Positions 22,716 through 36,257 of a stretch of 64,000 nt of DNA are shown in pieces. Position numbers and translations under genes: made by a program. The notes below the pieces were generated by a model. The model made no database searches and was not told where the DNA came from. It saw only the letters and a list, made by a program, of their open reading frames with translations. Location of the stretch: contig JBBPEB010000021.1 in the NCBI GenBank assembly GCA_039096225.1, positions 868,001 to 932,000 of the forward strand, in the 5' to 3' direction. Source of the stretch: Blastocystis sp. Blastoise. Its lineage: Eukaryota; Protista; Bigyra: Opalinata. Position 1 is the first letter of the stretch. Each line of letters starts with the position of its first letter.

Positions 22716-24420
22716 TTTCATTTATTATTTATTACAGAATAAAAACAAAATAAATATGTTAAAAAGGATAAAAGTATTTTTGATAGTGTCTATACAGACT
22801 ATATGCGTCATTTTTATCGACGAAGCCTTCGTATTTCTGAGATTATCGAATCAAAAATGTAAATTTTATGATTAGCCAATAATTTACTAATTTTCTATAT
22901 CTCACATTTTGTTTGTGTCCTTAAAAAAAGTATCTCTTTTCTAAAAGTGATGATTCTGACGGATGTTTTATGAAAAGGATAGATAGAAAGTTAAAATCGA
23001 GGCTTACCCTAAAGATAGTAAACACTAACTTACCTTGATTAACTTTACCGTTTTTTACCAAAAAAAAAACAATTATTCAACGTGTAAGCAAAGTATAGAC
23101 TTGTTTCTGTTTTATCTGTTGTTGACAAGTATTGACTTGTTTTTTTTTTGAAAATATGTTTTGAAATAATATCTAAAAGAGACTGTTTATTAATCTTTAT
23201 TCTGTCTAGCTTCAAGTTATATCAAAAACCTGTGTACTTGTCTGAAAAGCAAAACAACAGTTTTTCATATAAAGTGTTTACAATGCAATTAATATATCTC
23301 TTGTATTGTCTCTTAGTTATGACAATATAAAATTGGATGAATAAATTGAAATTTGTAACAAAAAGATGTTTCTAATAGACATATTCTTTTATGCTCCTAT
23401 TTTATTATATTCATGAAACATAATTATTGGTGAGGGGTAATAAAAAAAGTTGTCAACGACCCTACAATTTTAAAAATTTTCAATATTTTTTTCATTGTTT
23501 TTGTAGTATTCCTTTTTAAATCTTTATGAATCCATTTTTTTTTGAGATATACAAAAGCTTCTAAAGAATAGTTAAGAAAATACAACTAGAAATTCTAGTA
23601 TTTCTGTTTAATAAAACAAATATTAAACTCCAAGAATAGAAAGCATTCCTTATTGTTTATTTATATGTATATATTATTCTAATAAATAACATATAATAAT
23701 GGAAATAAATACCTCTATGATATAAACAATACCATATTATTTAGTTTAATAATATATATAATTAAAAATGACCTAGCAACAAGAACTTTCAAATAAAAGA
23801 AATCAGTAAATAAAATTTATATCCAATATAATATAAATGACATAACAAATTGAAAAGAACAAAGTAATATATATTTTTTTATATATAATATACAGAATAG
23901 TGACTCATATAATCTATAGAACTATGAATAGAATAGATGTTTTTATAGAATATAGAATCACATTTAACTTTTTCTATCTTTTTAGCGTAATAGCTAGAAA
24001 CCTATATTATTTAAAATAGTCATATAAAAGAGAAAAAATAAATAAATTATCGGTATACAATAATAAGTATGAAAACTATATATATCTATTTAAAAGAACA
24101 AGAGATAAACAGTACAGTGATAAATATAGAATGGTTACTCTCTTGTTATATATAATATTATAAATTTTTAGAAGTATATATTGCTTATCATTAATGAAAA
24201 AGTTTCTTTGGTTTTAATATATATCGTAACTTTATTATAAAAAATACTCTATTTCATAGTATAATGATTAGTCATTTCTGTTAATAAATAATTCTATTTA
24301 TTATATATATATATAATAAATTACGTATGCATAATCATAAATAAATAATAATATTCTTCTCTTATCGTACTAAGATTATTCATTATATACGTTTAAATAA
24401 TGTATTACCCATAAAGCTCA

Positions 24421-24570
24421 ATCTTCTAAATATATAATTTATCTTCTAAATATATAATTTATCTTCTAAATATATAATTTATCTTCTAAATATATAATTT
24501 ATCTCTAAATATATAATTTATCTCTAAATATATAATTTATCTTCTAAATATATAATTTATCTTCTAAATA
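24421..24570. repeat. Tandem repeat of 19-20 bp unit ATCTTCTAAATATATAATTT, about 7.5 copies
   Basis: Directly visible. Confidence 0.9.
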
Positions 24571-25155
24571 TATCATCTTTAACAATTTATCTATATTCAA
24601 ATTATTTATATATTTCATTCAATAATAACTATTTATTAACATCTTTATTATTACCTTCGTTTACATCTATTAGTTCATTTTTTTATCAATCTATTCATAT
24701 TTATAATCATTATATAAACTATCATCTATATTATCTTTATCATCGATTTCACTAAATATATTCTTCACATTCTTATTTAATAATATTTAATTATATATTC
24801 TTTTAACAATAATAATCAATTTAATTCATTTTTATTCTTCATATCTTGTTCTTAATATTCTTTCTTTAACAATATAATATATAACTATATACACACATTT
24901 TTTTAGGATTAATTCTTTACTCACTTTTAATAAATTCAGCTATCTATTTATTCTTCATACATAAATTAATCAGAAATCTCATTATCTTTTTCAAATAATC
25001 CAATATATCAAAATTAAAAGAACTTTCCATCCATAACCAACGAGTATGGTCTCATCATCAATTTTATATTGTTCATCATATTATTCTTCAATGAAGGAAC
25101 GTATTAAGGAAATTAAATAGCATTTTGAGATTTGAAAGAGAAGATCATGAAACCT
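24570..25155 (-). pseudogene. Possible decayed BTB/POZ (KCTD-like) gene fragment
   Basis: Frameshifted, stop-containing fragments ...EQYKIDDETILVGY/DGKFF/DILDYLK resemble the DRDG.F.YILDYL BTB motif. Confidence 0.3.
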
Positions 25156-25549
25156 AAACGAATAAACTGTAACTAATTCTCAACATATTCTTTTTTCTTT
25201 TCATATATTCAATCACACCTTATATCTATGAATGCATACACATATATTGCAGACCAAAAATCTACTCTTGAACATATTATTCAATAATTGTTTTTGTTAA
25301 TCGTCAATAATTTTTCGAAAATCAATCTTTACAGTATTCTACACATAAATTCATATTGATATATAAGATAATTCACATGTAATAATTTCAATTGTTTCAG
25401 AGAATAAGATTTTGTTCTTTATTTGTTATTATAATAGCATATATAATAGATATATCATCACAACAGTGCTTTCCAAAAACTATTACATATATTTGTGTAA
25501 TAATAATAACGTTTAAGCACAAAATATTCTAAAAAATGAAAATGAAAAA

Positions 25550-26000
25550 CAGCCCCTTCCCTTGTCACTGGACGGAATTGCCATATGGCAATTGTCACAA
25601 AATTTTCTGACAAAAAAGTGACAATTGCTTATAACTTTTTTGTTTTTCTTTTTAAAAATATAAAAAAAATATTTTCGAACTCAGCTCATCAAGACACGTC
25701 GATTTACACACTTTTCATGAAAAAAGGACCGGGTGACATAAAAAAGACAATTCATTCATTGACTATTATATTATGACATGACAGTTTTTGACAAAAAACA
25801 CATTATTCTAGTATATAATGTATGACCATTTGAAAATAAGTCAAATAAAACGTTTTTTGTGACACATGTTGTGACAGATACATGACTGAAAAGGTTATAA
25901 CTCATTAAATAACAGCAAGTATAAGTTTAATATGTGACTATTTGTGTTAAGTTGGGTGGCAAATAAAAATTATTTTGTGACAAAAGTCAATTGCTAAATA
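25550..26000. repeat. Left TIR and subterminal motif field (GTCACAA/TGTGAC motifs, palindrome AATTGCCATATGGCAATT)
   Basis: Perfect palindrome 25576-25593; TGGCAATTGTCACAAAA is also present at 56729-56745; many TGAC/GTCA motifs. Confidence 0.8.
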
Positions 26001-26471
26001 TATTTTGTTGTAGGTTATGTTAAAGAGTTTTATTTATGTTTATAATGAATAATATTGTCAATAAACTCTAAAATAATATTATAAAAAATAATAATGTAAT
26101 TAAAAAGTTTTTATTTTTGTTAAATATCATGAAAGAGTCTTGTAGGGACTCTGTAGATATACCCTGACTAGTAATAAAAAATAAATAAACAAAAAACATA
26201 TTAAAATATTTTTTTTTATAACCAAACAAAAAACAACAATATGAACAAAAGTTGGATTTTAAAAAACAATACTTCCAACAAAATTATTTTTAATAGTCTT
26301 ATAAAATGGTTTTAAAATGTATTTTATATGAAGAATAAGTCACACAACATATTTATAATATTTATATTATAAAATATATTGTTTTTATTTTAAAAAGAGA
26401 AAAATAAAAAAACGATTAGTAGTCACTTGTTTTATAATTATTGTATCATTAAATGCCAAAATAAATAAGGA

Positions 26472-26549
26472 AGTTGTTTGGTCGAATGGTTAGTGCGAAT
26501 AAAATTTTTACATGGTCGACGGATCGATGCTTACAAGGAACTATTTTTT
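26472..26549 (+). pseudogene. Degenerate tRNA-derived / Pol III unit
   Basis: A-box-like TGGTCGAATGGT, B-box-like GGATCGATGC, partial acceptor pairing, T6 run; no clean anticodon arm. Confidence 0.5.
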
Positions 26550-26837
26550 AAACTTTTTGTTTTGACTGCTATTTATTAATGATTTAATTTAAAAATCAGC
26601 TTTGTTTATATTTTTATTATTTGTAAACATGATTTAAATCATTGATGTCTGCTTTTTAGTTTAGAATCAACACATCAACGAAGAATCTCTTTACAAAAAT
26701 TAGTAAATTATATTTTAAAGCAATTCTAAGTATGTATAAGTTCTGTAAACGTAATAAAAGGCCGTAAATATTAAAATTGAGGATTTCAACTATGCTCAAG
26801 CTTATTATGTATAGTTTAGTGAAAAATAAAATTGAGA

Positions 26838-26915
26838 AAACATTTGGTGCAGTTGACCAGCGGTGCAAATATTAGGTGAGTTGTTGCTGGATCGAATCTC
26901 ACATCGGGCATTTTT
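26838..26915 (+). pseudogene. Degenerate tRNA-derived / Pol III unit
   Basis: A-box-like TGGTGCAGTTGA, B-box-like GGATCGAATC, T5 run; stems mostly lost. Confidence 0.45.
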
Positions 26916-27128
26916 ATTTTTACACTCATTTCTATTGATTTTAATATTTACGTTTTTTTAATTTTGTATTTGACTTTTTGGACATAAAAGTATGTTAGAC
27001 ATATGAACCAATATGTTTTCATTTCATTATTAAAATAAGGGACGATTTTAAAAATTTGAAGTTAATTGCCATTCATCGCTCATCCATTACCTTCAAAAAA
27101 ATGAAAGTATCACCAATCGATAGAGCGC

Positions 27129-28729
27129 ATGTTTGACACCCTAGCTGGACAAATGAGACCTATTAAAGAGGAATTAAGCAGTTCAAACGCCGTTTTAAAA
27201 CAAAAAACGGTCATTGAAATAAGATTGTTTTAATTTTTTTTTAAAGTTTTTTTACACTTTTATTTTTTCAGTAAAAATATAAATATTACCGTGAAATTTT
27301 AAAATTGTAAATTCATTCATATTATTATTTAATATATATTTCTCCATAATAAAGATGATAACAGCGTCTTTTATAATATTTTCATTACCAATATATGTTA
27401 GACAGTATATTGGTCAATCAAAAGATGAATATTATGAAGATATGAATGGTAAACATACAATAGATGATATAATTCCATCTGTTAAAGTATGTATAATTTA
27501 TATAAATATGAATAATTTATATAGAATGGACGAGCGATGAAATGTAAGGAGTACAAACGGTTTATTGATTCTTTGAAAGTGTCAAATTATAATATTATTT
27601 ATGTTATAGAAGGTATTCACATATTTATATATCATTATATTATATAGAAATTGAAAAACAACAACAAAGGTTTAATAATCTAAAAGTAAAATGCATCTCG
27701 ACATTATATTCTGGTATATATATATTGCTATTATTTATTTTATATAGATAACTCATCATTGATGAAGAGAATAGAAGTGATGAACAACAATATCACATTA
27801 TTATCAAAAGAAAATACTATTATTCAATGTAGTAATAATGGTTATATTAATGGTATATACAATATATATATCTATATGTATATCTATGTATATATAGTAT
27901 CAACTAAATCAGAGAACAGAATAATTGAAAAGTTCATGATAACTGATCCAATTGATTTAAGTGATGAAGATAATATTAAAGAAGTCCTTCCTATTTCAAA
28001 TTCAATTAAAGAAATCAAATCAAATCAAATTGATAATAGCAATGAAAAAATAATCTGTATTTATACAATAATCTGCTTATATATTTTTCTTATATTAATC
28101 ATAATAGATTACTCATTTTTCCTATATATAGTCTCTAACCAACCAAAAATTGATATTGCCAATTCTCCTTCAAAAAGAAAAGTAATTACTGATTTCTTCT
28201 GTATATACATATATTGTATTAATATATAATAAACTAATATAGCTGGTATCAGTAATCGTTCTGATTCGAATAAGCATGAAACTGACTTATCTGTTCTAGC
28301 AGCTCAGAAACTTGGTTCTTTGTCAAGGTTTATATCAGATGGCTTCTCATCATTACTAACGTCTCCAACTTCATTAATAGATGTTATAGACAAACTATAT
28401 GCAAATCTCCCAGAAAAGTATCAGTTAGAAGAGTCAATAGAGAACACATCACATATATCTAATACATCTCCTCATAATGATCAAATCGCAGTTCTTGACT
28501 CTTCTTCAAGTGTTTTTCCTTCTACACCTATTTATTTCTATCCTTTATCAACAATCCAAATAATAGTTGAAAAAAATATTCAATTATTTCAAATTATTAA
28601 TACTGTTATCAATAATAACGAAGAAACAGAAAAATGTATGATATCTATGCAAGAGAAATGGAGGAAATATGTTGAGATTCACTTGCCTGAACTTATCAAT
28701 CTTGTATCATATATTACTGATAGGAAAAA
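27129..28729 (+). CDS. Multi-exon coding region, probably the 5' half of the hAT transposase gene cut by the inner element
   Basis: GT-AG introns and open exons; the last exon (ORF 28320-28787) runs directly into the inner left terminal repeat; same strand as the transposase; start position approximate. Confidence 0.55.
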
Positions 28730-28805
28730 TGTTAGAAATACCCAGATTTCCCTATTGATTTGTATACATACCCAATTTTTTGTATGATTTGGTAGAAATA
28801 CCCAA
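28730..28805 (+). repeat. Inner left end: 3 x TG(T/G)TAGAAATACCCA-like motif, 30-bp period
   Basis: Copies at 28730, ~28760 (degenerate) and 28790. Confidence 0.8.
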
Positions 28806-30001
28806 AAGTATCTGTTAACATTTTGATTTCATTGTCCAATCGTATTAATTTATATAATAACCGTGTTTATTAGATGTATTTATAGAATTTAAATTAACAA
28901 AAAATTAAAAGAATAATTCATATTATGACGTTAGGATTTGACAATTTGATCCAATCAATCGATTTTTAAGTTTCTATTAGAAGTTCGTTTATTGTACTAT
29001 ATAATTCTAAGAATTTGCTTTTTGGCAATTTTATCTATTTTTCTTTATTTATATTTATGTCTTATTTTAACTAATATATATATTTATTTTGTTATATACC
29101 TTGTATTTATACTATTAATTCAATAAAATAACAATATAGACAAGGAATATAACATAATTGTCTGTAATTGTTTTAAAAAATAAGCTTGACAGACAAATAA
29201 GCCATAAACAGCTATGAAATAAACCTGATTAAAAAAGATAACATAGAATTACGTTATATAACATACTTTTAATTTACTGACAAATTAATTAATTCAATGA
29301 ATATTTTATATAAGACCTATATATTTATATTATATAAGTTTATAAATATTATAAAGATGTTTTTAGAAAATAGAACTTATTTTTTGATAATTAGCAGATT
29401 TCTTGATTCTTTGTTTTTTCATATATACTATTACAATGTCATAGTTACATTGTTTAAAGACAAATACATAAATATTAATCTCAAATAACTGTTTTAAGAG
29501 TATGAACTGTGAATTGATTAAGAAAAATATTTAATAGATGACGAGATTCAAGTTAAAACGTTTTGTTTAATATATGGTATTAGTTTCTCGATGTTATATC
29601 AAAAGGATAGATAGTTTTATAATGGATCAAGTAAATGTCGAAATGGAAAATGTTGTTTAAAAATCATGAATGTGTATGTATTGTGTTTGGTTGCTTATAT
29701 TGAGCATACTGACCAGAATTCAGTTTAAAATAATAAACTACAGTCGTTAAAGTATTAATGATTGCTGAATATACTCTGTATTTGAGTATATTTTGAAAAT
29801 AAAAAATGAATCTAAGTTTTAAAACTGTATTTAACTCAATTCTAACATATTTTGAATAAGATACACTGTTGAGAATAAAGCAGATTACAACTCATTTCAG
29901 AAACTGTGGGTTTTCAAAATATGAAGAGCTATAAAACGTCTGATATATATATTGATGAGCGTAAATATAGTTTGAAATTAAATCTTTATTAAATAAAATG
30001 T

Positions 30002-30080
<79 letters not shown>

Positions 30081-30085
30081 AATAA

Positions 30086-30151
30086 CTTATGTCAGGATTT
30101 GAACCTGATTGCTACCTAATTATGATAGCCTCTCACCTTATAGAGCATAAG
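30086..30151 (-). ncRNA. Non-canonical tRNA-like RNA, type A copy 1
   Basis: Minus strand CTTATG-CTCT ataaggtg AGAG-GCTATC ataatta GGTAGC-aa-TCAGG ttcaaat CCTGA-CATAAG. Confidence 0.8.
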
Positions 30152-30399
30152 AGTAATAATAATAATAATAATAAAATATGTAATATTTAATATATATATA
30201 TATATATATATATGGTATAAAAAATGTATACTTTTATTTTTCATATAAATTTATCAAATAGAATTTATATTATAGTTGCTTATATATATATATATTTATA
30301 AATAAATAATAGATCATTTTAAAATATATAAAATAGATATATAAATAAGAAGTATATAAATTAATGAAATAATAAGTATAAATAAAGAAATAATAAGGA

Positions 30400-32700
30400 A
30401 GAATCCTTTTACAATAAATAATAAAAAATAAATATAATATTTAAAAGTATATAGATAGAATTAATCAAATAGGAGAGAAGTATATATATATAGATATAAA
30501 AGATAATAAAAGATAAGAATTGAATATAAAAAATAATGAAGACAAGAATAAAAAGAAATAGGTTAACAAATGAGAAGAAGAAGGAGTTAGTTAAAAGGAT
30601 AGAGAGTAAAGAATAAATATAAGGAAGAAGAAGAAAAAGAGAAAGCACATATTGAAAATAAGATAAGAAGGTAAAAAGAAAAGAAAGAAATATGGATAAT
30701 AAAAAAGTATCTATAAGAGAAGAAGAAAAGAAGATAGACACTAGAGTTAGAAGAAGAACTAGGGAGAATAAATTAAGTAGAAAATAAAAATATGAAGAGA
30801 GTACACATAGAAAATATAAGTGAAGACGTAGAAGAAAAGATAGAATATGATGAAAGAAAAAGAGTATAAAAGTTTAAAAAAATATGTATACATATAAATG
30901 AGATTATGTGTAATAAATCTAGAAAATATTGAGATAAAAAGGAAGGAGATGAAAAGGAATAAAATGAGAATAATATAAAAAGAAGAGAAGGAGAAGATTT
31001 AAAATGAAGATGTGGAAGAAGAATGAGAAGAATGATATATAGAAGATATAAAAAGAGAAGAAGCAGAAGATATAGAAAAACGATAAATAAAATAAGAAGA
31101 GAAATATAGAGAGAATGAGATTGAGAAGGAAAGGAAGGAAATAAAGGATATAAAAGAGAAGGGACTAAGAAGAAGGATATTTAGAAGATCTATAAGAAGA
31201 AGAAGAAGAAGGAGAAGTAGAAGGAGAAGAAGAAGGAGAAGGAGAAGAAGAAGAAGAAGAAGAAAGATGAGGGAAATAAGGATATGCAGAAGAAAAAGGG
31301 GAAGGCCATATAGTAGATATAGAAAGAGGAGAAGGATAAATAGAAGGATATAGAGAGAAAAGGATAGAGAAGAAGAAGAAGAAGATAGAGAGAATAATAT
31401 ATAGAAGAAGAAGAATGAAGTGAAGTGAGGAGATTGAGAAGAAAAAGAAACAGAAAAAATAATGATATATAGAAGAAGAAAGAGATGAAAAATAAATAAG
31501 AGAAGAAGGAAAATCAAAAAAAAAGAATGAGAAGAAGATACAGAAGAATAAGGAGAATAAGATATATCGAGGAAGAAGGAGTATGAGGATGTATAGAAGA
31601 AGAAAGATGAATAGAAGATATAGAAGAAAAAGATGGAGACAAACGACAGAAGAAGAAGATACAATAGAATATACTAGAAAAAAATATATAAATAGAAGAT
31701 ATAGAAGAAGAAAGATAATAAGAAAAAAAGGAGATATGCAAAAAGAATGACAAATAGAAGATATAGAAGAAGAATAAGGAGATATAGATGATATAGAAAG
31801 AAAATGATATAGAGAAAATACAGAAAGAAAATATAAATAAACAGAAAAAATGTGAAAGAGAGAATATATAGAAGAAGACATAGAAGAAGGATATATAGAA
31901 TAAGAATATATAAAAGATATATAGAAGAAAAAGGAAATATAGAAAATATAGAAAGTCAATAAGGATATAATGAAGACGAAAGAGAAGGAGAATAATTATA
32001 TATAGAAGAAGAAGAGATACAGAAGGAGATAGTGAGGAATAAAAGAAATATACACGAAGATATAGAAGAAAAATGATAAGAAGAAGAAAAACGAGAAGAG
32101 AAAGAGTAAAGAAACAGAGAATAATTATATATAGAAGAAGAAGGAATGTAGAAAGAGTGTGTAGATAAAGAATTAAAAGAAATAGAGTATAGAAAAAGTA
32201 AAAGTGGAAGGAAATGAGAAAGGAAGTAATAGTAAAAGAATGAAATGAAGAAGAAAAAGAGAAGAAGAAAAGCAGAAGAAGAAACAAAAGAAGAAGAAGA
32301 ATAGGATAAAGTAATGGAAATGAAGAGAGTATGTAATTATAGGAGAAGAAGAACCAGTAATAATTAATGGAGGAAAGATGAAAGAGAAGGAAAAACTAGA
32401 ATATAATATAAAAGAGCATAAAATAAAACATACTATAAAGTAGTATTAGGAATAACTCTAACTGTCTATATAACATAAGAGTATAAGAATATAAAATGAA
32501 TAAAAACTAAAAGAGAATATAGAATTGAAGAGTGAAGGTGAGAAGAATGTCAATACAGGACAAGAGGAGAAAATAAAAATCAAAAAGCAACTATATACAT
32601 AGAAATAACGTTAGTAATATATCTATATAAACAATGATAATAAAAAGAAAATAATACATATAATAAGTCAATAATAAGAGGTGTTGTAGATAAACATAAT
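30400..32700. other. Purine-rich, C-depleted (plus strand) low-complexity tract, cassette copy 1
   Basis: GAA/AGA/ATA-dominated with internal repeats such as GAGAATAATTATATATAGAAGAAGAAG. Confidence 0.8.
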
Positions 32701-34323
32701 AAAAATAATATAAATATGAATAAAACATATGCTTAATAACTAATAAGTTTATATCATATAAGTATATATAAATATAAACATATATATATATATATTACAT
32801 GAAAAAAAAAGATAATGTTATTGTAATAAGACAAGAACTATATATAGAATTATAATAATAACATGTATAGATAATATATAGTATTAAAATAATTATTATG
32901 AAGAAAAATAATATAGAAAATATATATATCTACTGATTTGAAAATATATTTAGCTATGTGACTCAAAAAGACAAATCTAAATAGAGAATAAAGTATATTA
33001 ACTGAAGAAATATACTCTTTTAATGTTTGAGAACCAATCTGTTTAGCTAATTAGCCAATTATTTTTTTTAAATCTTTAAAACTCACTCATCTGACACAGC
33101 TAACAAATTCAGACTCACTGAGAAAGCCTAAAGAAACATTTTTATATGGTGACGTCACATCATCCCATTTATAACCATAAGACAATAGCTGATCATCTAA
33201 CTTAACCATTTTACATCACCTATATAAGCTTATAATAGAGAAAGAGAACATACCACCTTAGATCAATCTGCCAATGGAGACTGGAAGGTACTCTACTATA
33301 CTCCTAGGGCCTATATATAGATAGATATATGCTTAGAACATACAAAAACGAAATTAATCATATTTTATATATGATTATCGAAACTTCACTATAAATTAAC
33401 TTATTAAATTTTATTGAAATCTAAATATTTCTACTTTTTATTATTTATTATTTAATTTAAATACTTTAAACCGTTATTCTTACTCCTGATGTCTTCTTGT
33501 TGTTGATGGAGTATGTAATTATGTAAATAAAAATAGTTAATTGATTAATTATTTATAGAGTGTTACATAAAACAAAATTGATGATTCAAGTCATGAGAAA
33601 ATCACTAGACTTGATGAAGGCAAGAAGAATTAGTCAATTATATGATAGTCACTAGATTGCCTAAATGTGTAGAACTGTCAGAAAAGGTGAGTTTGTGTGT
33701 GTTTAAATTTAAATTCAACATTAGTTTGAATACGTATTTCACTAATTAATTCAATTTTAGAGAAGTTACAAACAGAATTAATTTTTCTCCGTGATATGTT
33801 GAGTTAGAATGCATTTATTCTGACATTCTGCTAATAATTTAAATTTAATTATGACCTATATAAGCCAAAGTTAATTATAATAGTTTTCTAGGTAATGTAG
33901 ATTTGTCAAGGTTCTTTAAAAGTCTCAAGAGTGGTTTATAAATGTTACAAATGACTTTTAGTGTCAATTATATTAATATAAACAGTTGAAATGTTTTTTA
34001 AGAGTATAGACAAAGAATGCATTGCGTGTTTATAGACTTCAAGGTGTTATTGATAAATATTTATTTTTTATTTGTGTGTAGAATTGATTAGAAGAATGAT
34101 TAACAAAATAAATTATTGAATAGAAAATTATAGGTGAATGTAATTATGAATGTGTTTGGTTTTAAGTAAAGGTATTTAAAAACAATATAGAAGAGCGACT
34201 AACGATGTATAGAGTTTATTCAATTACATGAAACTCAATGTATCAATTCATACTGGTTCTAATGAATGAGAATATCTATAGAGAAAAATATTTAAATTTT
34301 AATGAAAAAAATATAATATATGA

Positions 34324-34391
34324 CCCTAGATCAGGAATTGAACCTGATAACAATCTATTAATGATTGCTACTAACCATATTCAGTCTAAGG
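34324..34391 (-). ncRNA. Non-canonical tRNA-like RNA, type B copy 1
   Basis: Minus strand CCTTAGA-CTGA atatgg TTAG-t-AGCAATC attaata GATTGTT-a-TCAGG ttcaatt CCTGA-TCTAGGG. Confidence 0.85.
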
Positions 34392-34454
34392 AGTATTAAT
34401 TATATGAATATAACCATATATATATATATGTTTAACAGACAAAACCCCAAAATA

Positions 34455-34500
<46 letters not shown>

Positions 34501-34777
34501 AAGAGTTGTATCACCATTATTTGTAATAATTTATATAAGCTGATTATAGACTATATATATATATATAATGAATGAATAAGATGACATGAATTAATTAAGG
34601 GAATAACAAGTCTATATATATATGAATATATACATATATGTAATTATGAAAAATATATATATATATAAAGTAAAAAAAAATATATTTAAATATAACATAG
34701 GAACATATTATGTATATGTATTAAAACAATGAAAATACATACTCTTTACGTAGAATCTATTTAATATCTTCACACAC

Positions 34778-34809
<32 letters not shown>

Positions 34810-35499
34810 TAAAGTAGTGAGTATAAATGTATTTAATAGAAATGAAAGTTGGAAAACATAAAGTAAAGGATATATATATATATATATACAAGAAAATAAG
34901 GTTTAACATAATACAAAAGTAAATCATTCAAAACAATTATATATATATCCTTAATCCTATATATAATAAAATTGATATAAATATAATATTATAAACAAAA
35001 AGAGATATAGTAATATATAATAAAGTGTATATATAATTATTATCAAAATAAATACATAACTATATATAAAAGGAGCCAAATTGAATTTATATATATTATT
35101 ATAGTATATATACTACATAATTGAGCAAAAGAAATAAAAGAAAGAACTATTACCTTTTCTATATATATGTATAATTAGCTAAAAAAATATATTATAAAAA
35201 AGTAATATATAATATAGATATAGAAAAATAAAGTGATATAAAGAATTAAATGGAAGAATAATTATATAAAAGATTAAGTATACAAAATGTTTTCTTTTAT
35301 ATCATAAAAGAAAAATGTATTATAAATATAATCAGATGAAAAAACTATATATATAAAACATGAGATACATGAAAAGATGGCTTATACATTTCTATCATAC
35401 TATATATAATATATACTATCTACACCTATAGAATTATATATATAAGTCTTTAATTATATATGCATATATAATAAGTATATATAAAATATATATAATATA

Positions 35500-35647
35500 T
35501 ATATATAATAAGTATATATAAAAAAATATATAATATATTTATATATACCTTAAATAAATAATAGTAATGTAGTAGAAGAACTAAAGACCATCTATATATA
35601 GATTATTCTTCATTATTCTATTTTTTATACTTTGAATTTGATAAATA

Positions 35648-35678
<31 letters not shown>

Positions 35679-36222
35679 GTCTATATATACACTAGACATA
35701 AGACTGATTCTAGTATATGATATCAACTTCCAAAAAAGCACAAATCAATTATCTAAAGAATATATGTTAATTAAGGATATTTTCTTAAAAATATTATATA
35801 TAGTAAATATATATAAAATAATAATATAAAAAGAATATAAAAAAAAGTTGATAATATATATATATACATTTCTTTAACTAAAGCAACATTCGTATATTTA
35901 TAAAACACCTATATAACATATATATATATATAATTATAGTATTACTAATTATATTTTTATATAACTAATAAAACTATAGAGACATAAATAACATAAATAT
36001 AAACAATATGATATTATTAATAATTTTAGGTACATAATATAGAATATATATTAAATATAAAAAATATTATATGGAAAATAAAATAAGATATATAAATAAT
36101 TTGAAAGGGTATACAATAAAAATTAATTATTTATATATAAAAACTATATACGTTAGATATCAAAATTGATGTCTATGAACTTTATAATATAAGGGAAACG
36201 TCTCATTCTCTATATACAAATA

Positions 36223-36257
<35 letters not shown>

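Noticed and set aside
30409-32287. Overlapping minus-strand F/L/S-rich ORFs
   Set aside because: Same compositional artefact of the purine tract
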